Of a stretch of 64,000 nt of DNA, positions 1 through 13,354 are shown in pieces (the stretch's first letter is position 1; every line of letters starts with the position of its first letter). The DNA is taken from the NCBI GenBank assembly GCA_013265495.1, contig MU057947.1:1387070-1451069 (forward strand), given 5' to 3'. The position numbers and the translations under genes were made by a program. The stretch is from Vicugna vicugna (Eukaryota). The notes beneath the pieces are model-generated. The model saw only the letters and a list, made by a program, of their open reading frames with translations, did no database searches and was not told where the DNA came from.

Positions 1-1664
1 AGGAGATGGGGACACATGCCAGGAAATCTGAATACAAAAAATATCGAATTTTGAGCATAGGAAGGCAAAAAACCCCACTGCTGAATAAATGAGATAAAGT
101 GGTATTTTTAATAATAATATGCCTCGTTTAAGACCTGATTGTATCTGAAAGCGAAGGCATGGCGGGCCGGCTCGTGCCAGAGTGTGCCCACCCTCCAGCC
201 TTGTTGAAATCAGCGGCATTTGTCTGTTGACGCAGCAAGTCGCTATATTCGGAGGTAATTAATTTAGTAATTAGAAACAGAAGTCACACACTGCTAGCCA
301 TCAAGGATGTCTGTGCCTTAAGAGCGAATTTTGTGTTCTTATAGAAATGTGTCCAAAAAAAAGGGGGGGGGAAGCTATGGGGCCAATTTCCTTTGTAGTT
401 ATAACTAGAAAATATCTTTAAACTCTTGCCGTCATATATACCCCGAGTGTAGTGCTCTTTCCACATGGCTGGTTTATCTTGACTTTCTCTGATAGAGAAA
501 AGAAAAATTGGTTACAAGGGAATTTGTGTTGATTTGTCTTTTTGAAACGACTGACTGTCATCATTACTACGCTGAACCCAGTGTGTCCCTGCGGGGACAG
601 AAGAAACTCATCAGGGAAAGGACGGTGAGGCTGGTGACCGGAAAGAGGGCGCCATCCATCTGGGATGGAGAGGCTGTCGGTGCCCCCGTTAGCCTGCCGT
701 TCACCACACTCAGGGCGTGGGGTGATGCAGCTGTCTCGGGCAGGACTTGCAGATCCTCTCCCAGAGCATGGGGCCGGACTCCTGCGTCGACCGGCTCTGG
801 GGTGAGGTCCGTCCAGTGAGCTGGTCTCAGGCGACACCAGGTCCTTGCCTTGGCACAGCAAACCTGGGGTGATCACCAGTGGGCCCTTGCTTTCCGACGA
901 TGGTCAGCCTTGTGCGGTCAACACGCAGAAGGCGGCCCTAAACACGCCACAGAGGCACAGAGGAAAAGGAGGACGCTTCCGCCAGCCTTCCCCCACGGTG
1001 ACAGACGTATGTGCTTCCGCATCAAAGAGGCAGCAACGCTGTCAGAGTAACCGAGGAGGAAGACAGGGCTGCCCCGCTCTCCCGAGGGCTTGCTGAACTC
1101 CCTGCATGTTACTGGGTTATTTGACAGTGGGTTTTTAATGAAATGAAGTGTACAGTGCTCTGCCCGTTGGATTAAAATATGGAGCCGCCATTGCTGTCCG
1201 GAAGGCACTGTCTGATGAGCACGCGGAAACGCAGACGGCCGTGGCAGCGGTCAGCACGCATGCTTGGTGCGGGGGGGCTTGGTGCTCCCCGCAACTGCCT
1301 TTCTGGGTCAGGAGGAACGGTGTGACGTCGATTTGCTGCTCCCCCTTCATCATGCCAAACAGCGTTAGCAAGAAGTTTAAGAAGCATTTTTAAACATAAT
1401 TTTTAAAGGGAAAATACTGCTTTTCGTAGTAAAACATGTCCGCTCCTGTTTGATCCGCGTGGTGCGAGGCCCAGTAGCAGTGCTCAGACCTGTTTGGAGA
1501 AAAGTTGAAACGATTCTCCTGTGACGTGTTTAGTTCTGTTACTTTTTTTGGTGCTCAGACCCTTTCACTGTCCTGTTTCTTGTGCTTCAGGGAGCTACGC
1601 CCCAGTACTTGAGGCCGCCCTTCCTTATTCTCAAGTGACGTTCGCACGCCAGCCTGGGTTCTGG

Positions 1665-1838
1665 TGCCAGCGAGCTCTGGGCTCCGGCTCCTGTCACCGC
1701 CGGCTCTGTGACTGTGGACGCATCACTCGCCGTCCCCAGTTCAGTTTTCCCGCTTACCACGTGGGGCTGATAAGGTGTTGCCTTGTAGGGTGGTTGTGAG
1801 AGTTAAGAGTTAACGTGTGAGAAGCACCTGCGCAGACA
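1665..1838 (+). mobile_element. MIR SINE, degenerate
   Basis: MIR core-like text: ctctgtgactgtggac...cagttcagttttcccgcttaccacgtggggctgataagg...tagggtggttgtgagagttaagagttaacgtgtgagaagcacctg. Confidence 0.75.
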
Positions 1839-1889
1839 ACGACACGTGAGAGGAGGGCGAGAAGTAACTGCCGTCGTCACCCACCCCGG

Positions 1890-3800
1890 CAGCGGGTCCT
1901 GACTGAGGACGCGCTGTGCTGGGCGCCGATCGGGGCGCGAGGGGCATCGTCTCCAACCAGACAGCGCGGTTCCTGCCCCGTGGACTGTACGTTTCTATAA
2001 GGATAAAAAACAAAATGGGAAAAATCAGCGAGATGTTTCTGGCGGCAACTGGAGCTCTCAGGAAAAGGCAACAGACAGACGTAATGGATAGTGAAGGACA
2101 GTGGGTGCCCACGGGCAGGGGTCAAGGAAAGCTCGTGAAGGGGGCCGTTTGAGCCAAGGCCTCAGGGATGAGAAGGGAGCGCGCAGGGCCATGTGAGTGA
2201 GGGTGTTCCAAGCAGAGGAGCTCGCAGAGCCGCAGGGGCAGGGGCGGGGAGAGGCTTGACTCGTCTGGGGAAAGGAGAAAAGGCTGACAGTGGCCGGGGC
2301 AGCAGGTCTGGTGTGCAGGCTCGGGGTGAGGCTGCAGAAGCAGGCAGAGGCCTCACGGTTTGGACCGCACAGGCGTGTGGGGGTAGCGTCCGTTCCGACG
2401 GGGAGGGGGGCGTTGCAGGGCCCTGAGATGTGGCTCACGATGTCTTATTGTTGTCATTTTACTGTTCACGCTCATCCCACCACTGCTGTTGCTGCGTGGA
2501 GAGCGGGAGCAGGAGAGGACAAGTGGAGCCATCAGAGAGGAGGGTGGTCTGGTTTGGGAGGTGGGTCTAGTGGTGGCGGAGGCGCTTAGTTTGTGGTGGC
2601 TCGGGAGGAACACGCGTGAGCTGCCGATGGCTTGCATGTGGAGCTGGGGTGAGGAGGGAACCCAGTGTGACTCCTGTCCGGGGTGTCAGCGCTGACAGGC
2701 TGGGGAGCACCTGCTGCTATTGGTCCTTTCACCCCCTCCTGCTTCATCAGGGTGTATGTGGCGTCAGCACAGAGATGGCGGCCAAAACTTCTTGGATTGA
2801 GTTCAGAAGAAATGAGAGGCGCTGCGGACAGACGGCGCTTTTGGAGTTGCGCGGTGAAGGGGAGGAAGGAGGTGGAGCAGCAGCTGCAGAAGAGAGAGGG
2901 ATGGGGAGATGCTGTCCTGCTCTTTGTGCGTAATGGGAGAAGTGGACCGCCTGTCTGTGTGCTGGTGGGGAGGACGAGGGGAATGTGATGGTCTGGGCTG
3001 CAGTGGGCACAAGTGGTATTGCAATGCCCCTGAGTAGGAGAGAGCGGGTAGGTCCTCGGGCAGGAGAGAAGGGGCTAGGCTTTGGAGGGAAGGTAGACGC
3101 ACATTTAGACGGATGGGTGCTGTTTGCCATGCGAGGCAGTGAAATTCTCTTCTGATTGTTTCCGCTTCCTCGGTGAAGTAGGGAGCAAGTTCAGCTGGGT
3201 GTACAAGTCACAAAGGAAGTGTTGGAAGTTTCAAGGAGCTGGGTGGCTTTGAAGGCTCTTTGAAGGAAGGAAGAGGAGCACTACGCTGTGAATAAACCCT
3301 GGGGCTTTCTGGGCAGCATGCGGGTGCTGATGACAGCCAGCTGCAGGCTGCAGGTCACGCCCATGACGTGTTTTCTTCAGTCAACGGGTGGTCGACAGGA
3401 AACAGGCGGAGAACTGGATTTCACTTGGGTTGTAATTTAGCCAAATAGTGCAGCAAAGACAGCACGGCAGGGATGAGAGAGACCTGGAAGTGGGCACAGG
3501 AGGGACTGTAAAAGTTAACCAAGAACTTTCTTCCCTGTGTGGGGAAGTGTGGCCTTGGGGGTGAGAGGTGGTGGCACTGTGGCAGTCAGTGGGCTGAAGT
3601 CACACAGCATGCGGGACTGTTGGAATCAGGGGAATGCGGACAGAGAGCTGAAGGCGCTGGCCAGAGGTGCTTGAAGCTGCAGCTGGGAGCGCTGCAGTGA
3701 CCGGTGCTGCCAAGCCACGGGAGGGACCGTGCGAGCATGAAGGTGGACCGCATGCAGGACAAGGTCTCTGAGGAGGAGGTCCTTGCAGACACAGGAAGTT
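1890..3800 (-). mobile_element. L2 LINE, long degenerate antisense fragment(s)
   Basis: Purine-rich top strand with L2 antisense motifs: gggtcaaggaaagctc...tttgagccaaggcc...gtgttccaagcagagg; gagctgccgatggcttgcatgtgg; tctgattgtttccgcttcctcggtgaagtaggg. Confidence 0.6.
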
Positions 3801-4329
3801 CAGAATCCCTATGGGAATACTGAAAAGCTATGACGTCAGGCCATACTGGCAGGCTTGTCACAGAACCCAGGGCCCCTTGCGGTGTGGAAATGGGTGCACG
3901 TGCACTGAAAAAGGAGCCCAACCTGGCCCCGGGGCTGCTGTTTGGGTGGCACATTCTGGCCCCATTTATTCCCGCTTTTTACGTCCAGCAGTCCTGGATA
4001 GTTTTCCGGCCTTGCCACATGCAGGCACATCCCTCTCAAACGTTCCTCTGTGCCCGTATTTGAACGCAGCCAGCCCAGTCCAGTCTTCCTCCTGCGAGTG
4101 GAGTCACTGCCGTGACATGTGCTCCTTAGGGCACCAGAGTCTCGGGGTGTCTGAGGACATACCTCTGGCCCTTGTCCTGGTGTCAGCTCCGGTCCGTCTG
4201 GAGCTGATTCTCCCTGGCGATGCTTCTGCATCACCAGTAGCCCCCCAACGGCTTTTCATCTCCATGACACAACCCAGCACAGCAGAGCTTAGCTTGTCTC
4301 CTAACCACAGGGCCTCGCAGTGTGTTCTC

Positions 4330-4520
4330 AGACAGCACTGTGCATGCGACACCCGGAACACACGCCACGTCCGTAATCCATTGTGCCTTTCACTTGCTGA
4401 CACCCCATTTCAGAGCCGAGGACACTGATGCTCAGAGAGGTCTCCGGTGGCTTAACTTGGACCCCGTGGCCAGTTAGTGTCTGACTTGAGACTAAAACTT
4501 TACTCCCCCGAGTTCAGACC
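4330..4520 (-). mobile_element. MIR SINE, degenerate
   Basis: ccccatttcagagccgaggacactgatgctcagagagg...aacttggaccccgtggccagttagtg resembles the antisense MIR core. Confidence 0.65.
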
Positions 4521-5507
4521 GTAAACCGTGAACCCTCCGTGACAGGGGGAAAGTTGAGCATCCAGGTACTTAACTGGCGATGAGCTGTGACGTTCTCCTG
4601 TGACTTTTCCATGATGATTTGGGATTTCTGTGAGCAGAATCATGACTCTCAGTATTTCACACTTAGAATGAAAAAATATAAGGGTATAACTTTTGCTAAT
4701 GGATTATTTCATATTCCACTTACATATCTTTTCCTAATTATTTTATTCATAAAAAATCATGGCTCCAACTAAATGACATGAAAGAGATTCCTTTCTGTGG
4801 AGGCCTGAGCAATTTGTGGAGCCATCTGGGCAGTTGACTTAATTAGCACCACAGCTCTGATGTAAGTGAGGCCGGGGTGCATGGGAGCCCCCACTGTCCT
4901 CACCAAGTTACCTCTGGTTCCAGCCAGTTTTGCAGCAGGAGAAGCGGAGACCCTTTGGAGGCCGACTTATCACTGAAGCAACTTGGCTGTTCAGTGACTG
5001 TACTTGGGTGCGCTGAGCGGTCGTGATGAGAGCACGGGAGGGCTGTGGATGGGCACCCCTTCAAGATGCAGGATTATGGTCTCTAGAAACTGCAAGTCTG
5101 ATTTGCCCTCAGGAGGCAGCAGTGTCTAATGGGAAAGGCCCCTGTTTTTGAGTTGGATGAACTTAATGTAAGTTGGAAACCTGGCAGATAGGGAGCGGGC
5201 ACGGAATCATAATACTCTATGTAAGCATAGCATCGGGAAGTACAGGCACCAGCTTCTAAGAGACGAGTCCTCGACCCAAAGGGAAAGGCGTTTCAGGACC
5301 ACGGACAGCAACGCATGTGCTCCCCCTTCTCACGGCCCCATTCCGCTGTCTTAGCGTCAGCGTGCTCACTACTAAGATGTGTAGGATGAATGAGTGAAGG
5401 GGTCAGGTACATTACAACACACCCTTTTCCAGCAAATCATAACCTGAGGACGAGCAGAGCCTGAAGTCTGCCTTTTATGATTGTAAGCACCCACGGGAAC
5501 GGGGTTT

Positions 5508-5900
5508 GTTTATTCATTCATACCGTCACTGTCCCAAGAAATGTGTGTACTGAATGCTTATCGTGTTAAATCTCCATTCTATTTGCCAAAAGCATGGATG
5601 AAAATAAGAGATTAAGTCTCTGCTCCCACATGACTCATAGTTTTAGTGAAGGAGGCAGACATCAGCAAACTGACTAGGTAACAGATATGTGATAAGGACT
5701 GCAGGCTGTTTGAAGGGCAGGTAACACAGGGACAGGCAGATGTAGAGGAGGCGCGATTTAAGTAGGGGCTGTACCAGTCGGGGCCCCGGCAGGGCAGTGA
5801 GGGTTTAACTAAGGAGGCCGAGTGAAGGAGTTACTCACAGAGCTGTGTGAAGAGTTGAGGAGCCCGGAGCAATGGTGGGGGTATCAGAGGTGGGAAGAGC
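5508..5900 (-). mobile_element. L2 3' end fragment
   Basis: ttattcattca...gtactgaatgctta...gtctctgctcccacatgactcatagttttagtgaaggaggcagacat, typical of the antisense L2 3' end. Confidence 0.6.
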
Positions 5901-6214
5901 ATCAGTCCATTTACGTCTTCAAGCCAGAGGAGGCAAGAGAAAAGATCAGCGTTTCCAGAGCCTGCTGAGGGCTGCAGCCAGGGAGGAAGGCCTAACCGTT
6001 GGCAGGTCGGCCACAGTCACTGCCAGAGCCAGACACAGGGGGCCAGGCCCAGGGTTACAAGGCCGGACTTCACTCCTCCCTCCTCTCCAGCACATGCCAG
6101 TGCCTCCCGATGGCTGAACCTGACCACAGGCCAGAAGGCCAGGGAGCCTGGGTGATGGAGTCTGTGCCTCCTGGGTTTGAGAAGCGTGGACAAGGGACAC
6201 AGAGGCACAAATGC

Positions 6215-6450
6215 AGGGCAGCCAGCACAGGTGGTCGAGGAAGGCTCTTCTGATGAGATCGCACTTGAGCGGGCAGCTGCATGAAACAGGCTGAGCCACG
6301 GGGATGTCCTGGGGAAAAGCATCCGGGCACGGATGAGCGTCGTGCAAAGGCCCTGAGGCAGGAGTGTGCTTGGTGTGCACGAGGGAGAGCTGGGAGGTCA
6401 GAGTGACTGGGGCCGTGTGAACAGAAGGGCGGGAGAGACGGAGTTGGCAG
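6215..6450 (-). mobile_element. L2 fragment
   Basis: gtggtcgaggaaggctcttctgatgag...ggggaaaagcatccgggcac...gtgcaaaggccctgaggcaggagtgtgcttggtgtg is a classic L2 antisense motif. Confidence 0.75.
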
Positions 6451-8109
6451 CATGGAAAGGCACTCGTGACCCTGAGCAAAGCAGCTGGGATGACATTCTA
6501 TTAACATCTAAAATATCTGCATCAAAGAGTACCCACCCGTCAGAAAATAACCCTGAGTCCAGATTAATAATCTGGGTCCCTGAGCGGCTCGTGGACGGGA
6601 TCCCTGCCCCTCTGCACACACAGAAGAGAGCCAGGTGCTCCTGGGACCCACCGAGCTCTGTGCCTGCACTGCACTGGGGACCACCAGCTCCCCTGGGCCC
6701 CAGCAAGGATCTGCCTACCTCTGCGTCCCTCCGTGCACTGTGACTTCCAGAGCCACCTTCAGAGAGGCCACCCTGCAGGCGCCCACCTGGTGGGGACCGC
6801 AGGCCTCTTCCCGCCTCCTTAAGTGGGGGAAGCACCAAGTCACACGTGAGGCCATGCAGTTCACAGTTTTGATGCTGATACTGCACAAGAGTGACCAGTG
6901 GTTCCTCCTGGAAGCTGCTAGAGCCTGCAGACAGGCAGACAAGAAGCTACAGAACATTCCATGTGCCAACAGGCAGCACCCCTGTCTAAACCATGTACCC
7001 TCGTTTTACTAATAAGTCTGCAAACACCTATGTCCTGAGCCTCAGTGGGTGGACACAGAGAAGCAGTGAGGGAGACAAGTGAGGGAAAGCCATGCGAGAC
7101 TGCGGGCCGGCCGTGAGGACCGGGGTCAGCCCTCCTCGTAGACTTCTTCCAAGTCCGGCAATGGTGGGACGGGCCATTTCCTTCCTCGAGTGCGGCGCCT
7201 CCAAAGTCTTAAATTCCGGTGCTAAAATATATGACGGCTTCTCTCCTCTGCCTAATGAATTTGAAGCCATAAAATTGTCTGGGTAAAAGCAAGACAGCAG
7301 ACGTGTAACTGCCAGCCATTTAGTGGTGGGTGACTAACCAGAGCCAGTGGGGTGCGGGTCAGCATTTGGGAAGGTCAGGGGTGGGGGTAGTGATGGGAGA
7401 GCCTGTGATCCGGGCTGCTCCCCAGGACAGCTCCTTCCCCAGAGCAGTGTCACCTCGGGTCGTAGGGAGGTGGACGAGGCTTGGCCACCTGGAAGGGAGA
7501 CTGGGGACGGGAGCTTGGGGCTGGCTCTCTAGACGCTGGAAGCCCGGTGCAGTGGAGGACTGTCCTCTCAGCTGCGGCCTGAAAACAGCAGCAGAGGGTC
7601 GTCCGTCCGCAAAGCACACGGAGGCTCGGCGCGCTCCTCTCTCTAAACCCCCAGACCTGGCAGCCCGAGGGTGTGGCCGAGGGGTCTCTTGCTCTGGGAC
7701 TGGGAGACCTGGGCCTGGCTGGGTCTCCTCATCTGCACAGAATTCTAGGAGAAGACAAATGTGTGAAGAAATGTAGTTTCTCTAGTAGTTTCTGGAGAAG
7801 TTCCCTCAGCCACCTGACATAGTTACGTTTAGAGGTAAAAAATCGGCTAACATTTCTGGTTCTTCAAAGACTGAGTTAGTATTTTGCGCAGGTTTCTCGG
7901 CAAGGAAAGAACAAGTGAAATAAGTGAGACGCCTGGAGAACACGGGCTGTTCGGTGGAGCCGAATGGAAGGTGCCAACTCCGAGGCCAGAGCAGCCCACG
8001 TCGCGGTTTCACCGAGAGCCGCCGAGAGCCAGGGCCTCTCCCCGCACAGGGCGCCGGCACTGGGGCTCTGGGCTCCCTCTGGCTGGAGAGAGTAATTGCT
8101 GTGAAGGAG

Positions 8110-8172
8110 GTGTGTGTGTGTGTGTGTGTGTGTACCTGTGTGTCTGTTAGTGTGTGTACACCTGTGTGTGTG
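8110..8172. repeat. (GT)n microsatellite with imperfect tail
   Basis: About 12 perfect GT units followed by interrupted TG repeats. Confidence 0.9.
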
Positions 8173-11100
8173 CACACGGGCAAAATTACGAACCAATGAT
8201 TTTTAATGTCTCTGGCGGGGCCACAGACCTCTTTGCAGTTGGATTAAACCTGTGGCTCTTCTTCCAGAGAAGGTGCAGGTCCACGCAGGGGCGCAGTTTT
8301 GCGCTTGGTGTCAGCGGGAGCGGCATCAGGTCAGAGGGTCTGACCCACGGTAACCTTTTTAGAGCTCACCTGTGTGATGTTCTTAGAGCCAGGTGGGGAC
8401 ACGGGGAGGTCAGCAGGGCCTGAAGGAGGCCAGGAAAGTGTTTAAGAAACCATACAAGGCGTGTTCCTGTGGCTACGGGGTGCCCTCCATGTGGGGTGGT
8501 GATTCTGCTGCCCTTGAAGGGAGGATGTGACTTCACACAAATGTCCCCCTGGTGTCCACCCACTCCCCCCGGGGTCATCGGCCCTCTTCCTGGCATAGAC
8601 GGCTCTGAGACTCGGGGCGGGCCCTGCACTGGTGTTGGCCCTGAGTCCTGGCTCTTAGTCAACATCTCGTTCTGGATTCTGGGTGTGGGTTCACCCCCGA
8701 GAAAGAGTTGGGAGCAGAACCAGGGCTCAGGCAGCAAGAGGTGCTCTCGCTGACCGTGGTCTCGCGGTCTCCCGTGCCCTGGCCACCTGCTGATGACTCT
8801 GGCTCTGGGCCATCTGCCCTCCCTGTGGTGGACACAGGACACAGGGAGAGGAAATCTCCTCTGTTAGTCTGGCTGCGTCTCGTCTGAGAGATACCACTAG
8901 AACCTCCTTGTTTGAGCCCCTCCCCACAGGTCTAGCTGGTCCCAGACGGGCAGGCTGGTCTCACCGGTGCAGACGAGAGGGCGCTGGACACGGCCTGCCC
9001 CGGAGTCGGTGTCTCCTCATGGCTGATGGGGTCACATGTCACCACAGCAGCCGCTCAGACCCCCGCAGGGCCTCAGCATCTCATATTCGTGTTCCTGATG
9101 GTCCACGTCCATGGGCGGCCCTGGAGGCCTGGCAGAATGATCGTGGAGATCACTGACAGTTGCAGATGCCCGGGTCATTTTCAGCCAGGTCTCACCCCTC
9201 TGCCCTGGGAGCCCAGAGCTGAAGGAACGTGCCAGGCTGCAGGGCTCCTCTCGGCATGGTCTGCAGGGCCATCTCAGTGGCTCTGAATGGCTCACTCGAG
9301 GGGCTTCTGGGCGAAGGCAGGGAGAAAGCAGGCCGCTGTTCCCAGCTCGGCCCCTCCAAACGCACCCCCTCCCGGCTTCCTCCCCCGGCTTCAGGCCCGT
9401 GCTCAGCCCCTGCACCTTGCAGAACCACGGTGCTGTCCTTCCAAGCTGAACGCGCTCCCACGGCTTCCTCTTCCGCACCCACTCCCTGGTGTCTGCTGCT
9501 TCTCCCCGATGCTCAGCACGCCCCTGCGACCCCGCCCACCCCAGCCACTGAGGACTCAGCCCTGGCTTTCGGGGGGAAGCTGTCCATTTTGAGCCCTGGT
9601 CCTGTGCAGAACTTCATCTAAAACCTGTCCCCAAAGCCATGGCTTTCTGAGGAGCTGAGAAAACCTTAGATCCTTCTGCTCCCAGCTCGCCAGACCTTCC
9701 CTCGTGAGATGCCTTGTCCCCAGCAGAGGGAAAAACCCGAGGGCAGAGCGGGGCCTGAGTGCCAGTCAAAGAAGTCATCAGGGGTCAGAAGAAAGTTAGA
9801 GAAGGTGAAAAATGCGGAAGGGTTTGCTTCTGTTCCTCTCAGAGCCCGAACAAAGCAGATTCCACCCGAATCCAAAGTTGCAGCAAAATGAGCAGGACTG
9901 GGGGAGGTTTTAGAAACAGACTTGTTGAAATTGTGGTCGGCTCTGGCACCTGAGTGTGGCCAGGCCCTCTCGACCTTCCACCCAATGGCCCGAATCAGAA
10001 ATGGCCGGATCGGCAGGGAGAGCTGGAGTGGACAGGCAGGCGGGCGAGACAGACACGTTGCAGCACGGTGGATGTGTCAGAGAGCTCTCGGAATGTGAAG
10101 GGAACACATACAACTGTGCCTTTTAACACGTGATGCCTTTTTGAGGATAACAGCCCCTCCCATCGCTAGTAAGGGACTGAAAAGGCATTCGATGGTGCAG
10201 AGAATCAGACCTAGAACCCGAGGGCTCTGAAAAGGCCGAGGCGGAGCCCAGCAGGACTGCCGCCCGGGGTCTCGGGGGGCCCACACAGGCATTGGCCGCC
10301 GTCAGCCTCCCCAGCCCTCACCTAATCGACCCTGCACATCAGCGCTGAAAAGCTGACCTTGGGGGCTGTGTTTTCCTGACCCTGGGCAGAGTGGCTGGTG
10401 ACCCAGTGCTGGTGTATTTGGGCTTGGGGGAACCCCCTGCTCCCCGCTGCACTGCCCTCCCCAATCTGGGCTCCGTGCAGTACAGAGCTCCACCTCCCAT
10501 CTCCAGTTGCTCCTTGGCAGCCGTCCTCTCCTTGGCAGAGTCGGGACAGGCGCTCCCGCCACCCATGCTGTTCCCCGGCCACGACTGCCAGCGTTGGGGC
10601 CGGGGCGCAAGGGGACTCTGGGCCACCCTGCTCTGCTGGTCTGAGCCCGTGTCTTGCTCTAAAGACAGCTGAGCTCTGCCTGTCCCGGGAGCTGGGGACT
10701 GGCCGGCCCGGGGGCCCTGGGCACCGGCTCCAGCCTTATCCCCCCCTGCCCCCCCACCACGTGGAGGCTTCACTTCTTCCATCTTCCTGGCTTTCCTCCG
10801 CCGCCGCCTCCCTGTTACCTCCCGGCCACTCGTCCTCCCCTTGCTTTTCCTGCAGAAAAGCCCCCAGAGCCAGGGCCCCACAGGTAGGGCAGTGAGACCG
10901 AGCAGGAGGTAGAAATCCAGGACGTCACAGGGCCTTGAACCATCTGGTTCCAGGTTTGTGCTTTTCGCCCATAATCCAATCTTTCTATGCTTTTTTTCCC
11001 CTGGTATCTAATCTAAAAAGTACAATCAAAGACCAATGTCATCAAATCATAAAGCGATGGAGCGCCGTGCTGGGCCAGGTGTAGGAGGGCTGCCTGGGAC

Positions 11101-11701
11101 CTGTAATCCCGGGTCCTCATGTGAGTTGACAGAATAATAAACCGGCATTTACTGTTGCCATGACGACTCTCCGGAGTGATGGATTCCAGGCCCAGTAAGC
11201 TGAAGCTCGCTGTGGACCTCTTCTAATTTAAAACTGAAGGCTCAGTCCGTCTGCCTTGGGTCCCAAGGTGATGGGCTCCAACTCAGTGCCTTCATCTTCT
11301 CTTTTTCTAAGAAGTTGTCAGTAATTATTTTGGAACTTAAACCAACACTCTCCAGTGTGCTTAAAAGGCCCTCATCAGAGGACCCAGCAGCCTGTGCTGG
11401 ACGGGACCCCCACGGCGGCATGAGGCTGCGCGGTGGACAGCCGGCATTTGTGGGGAGTGTGCTGCCACCGCCCCAAGAAGAGGTCACCTTGCGAATCCCT
11501 CTATAAACACTCCAACAAAGTGGGGCTCGGTTGGCGGTGCACCTCTGCGTCCTTTCTCGACTTCTCTTGGACCCGCTGCCCTGACGAAGCCGGGCTGGGC
11601 ACCTGGTTGTGTCGGGGGGCTGGGCCGGCAGCCTGCACACCAGCTCTGAGCTGCGTCCGCTCCGGCTGTGGGTGAAGTGCCGCCAGATTCCCAGCTGAGG
11701 T

Positions 11702-11722
11702 CTGCTGCTGCTGCTGCTGCTG
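11702..11722. repeat. (CTG)7 trinucleotide repeat
   Basis: ctgctgctgctgctgctgctg. Confidence 0.9.
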
Positions 11723-12229
11723 TCTTCTCTTCCCGAGCCTCTGTGTTAGCCTCCGACCCTCCTTCCTCCTCCGCCCCCTGATTACAGCTGCCCACTGCTC
11801 CAAGCTCAGCCTCCCTCAAACCCCGATCCCACCCGACACTGTCCAAACGCCCCCTCCTGCCTCCCAGAGTCCACCCCAAGATTTCACTGCCTGATGGCTC
11901 AGGCGGAACACGGCAGCTGGGATGACCTGCGAAGCCAGCCCGAGAAGCACTTACCTGTGAGAGAGCGGCTGGTGCGTCTGCCCCGCGGCAGGCTGGGGTG
12001 CCTGGCGTGGGTAGGCGAACGCTGTCACGAGTCTTCCTGATCCCTCTGCCTGCCCCCATGACCAACCTCCTTTTGGGCCTTTCTGGAAGATGACCGTGAT
12101 GTCTGCTGGGATTTGCCACCCAAAGGCGCACATTAAAGACGTTCGTGCAGGTGAAGTGACGGTCAGTAATGTTACGTCACTGCTGCGTGCAGTGATGGTT
12201 AATCACTGCCACGGTCCCTCCATGTTCCA

Positions 12230-12432
12230 GAGCAGGGACCAGGGCCTGATTCACACGTGTCTGTGTAAACAGTGTTTTGGAGCGTAGTCCTCATCATTTA
12301 CTCTCACACACCATCTGTGCCGGCTTTCACACGGCCGGGGCAGAGCTGAGTGGTGGCAGCACCGTGGGTATGGCCCTCAAAGCCTAAAATCGTTGCTGTC
12401 TGGCCTTTTGTAGACAAGGTTGCTAATGCTTG
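12230..12432 (+). mobile_element. MER58A-like hAT-Charlie non-autonomous DNA transposon
   Basis: gctttcacacggccggggcagagctgagtgg...tatggccctcaaagcctaaaatcgttgctgtctggccttttgtagacaaggttgctaatgcttg matches the MER58A 3' half as recalled. Confidence 0.75.
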
Positions 12433-12439
12433 TCCAAGG

Positions 12440-12660
12440 GCAATGTTTCTCAAGTTTACGTGTGCGCTCACAAAGCACTGGGAGCCCCACTGACGTTTTA
12501 GGTCTGGGGTGGGGCCTGAGATTCTGCATTTTAGCAGGCCAGACGTGTTGGTAGCAAGTCCCTGAAGCAGTGGTTCTCAGTCCCGGCTTCATACTGGAAT
12601 CGCCCGGTCAAGCGCTAACAAATGCCACGTCCAGACCCAGCTCAAACCAGGAGGTCAGAA
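12440..12660. mobile_element. Two adjacent MER5-like hAT-Charlie fragments
   Basis: caatgtttctcaagttt...taggtctggggtggggcctgagattctgcatttt, then cagtggttctcagtcccggc...ctggaatcgcccgg...aaatgcc. Confidence 0.7.
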
Positions 12661-13354
12661 GGGACAACGTGACACACGAGCCTTGTCCCTTGCAGGGGCT
12701 CAGCGTGAGCTGGTGCCTGTTGACCCTGCCTGAGACGTTCCCAGATCCGAGTGCCTCCTTGTCACACTGTTGCCTTCCCTGCGGAGGGCAGGGCCTGGAC
12801 ATTCAGGGCCCCTCTGGGAAGCTCCGAGGAGTGAGAGCACATTTCTGAGGTGACCGCTCCACATTGCTCACGGGGTGTGTGTAGATGCATCTCTGGCAGA
12901 GGGTGTGGAGCAGTGGGCAGGCTGCCCCCCATGATTCTCTGCCCCCTTCCCAGATCCACTGCTGCGAAGCCGTGTCTGGCCACGCAGCTTGGGAAATGGA
13001 CCCTGCCGTTCTGAGAACTGCACGTGTGCGTGAGTAATGTTGCTCCAGGCGCGGTGTGGATGGGACTTGCCAGGCTCAGCCACACGGGGAAGTCGCACGG
13101 GCTGGCCTGGCTGCAGGCGTGCTGGAAGGCGCTTATGAATAGACTCAGGAGGAAGAAGTCCTGCCTTGTTTTTTTGTTTTTTCTTTTTCCATTTTCTCAA
13201 AATTAATTCTCGTCAGCTGCACTGGTGATGCAGGCTGGAGGACAGTTTCTGGGCGGGGTTCCCCCCCATGGCTGCAGTGCCTGGCCTTGGACCTGGCTCC
13301 CCAGGGTTTAGTGGGTGTGCCCACCCCAGGCCCAGCCGTAACGGGGACATTGCC

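Noticed and set aside
11501..11803. PolyQ/polyA-containing ORFs
   Set aside because: Simply the translation of a (CTG)7 microsatellite.
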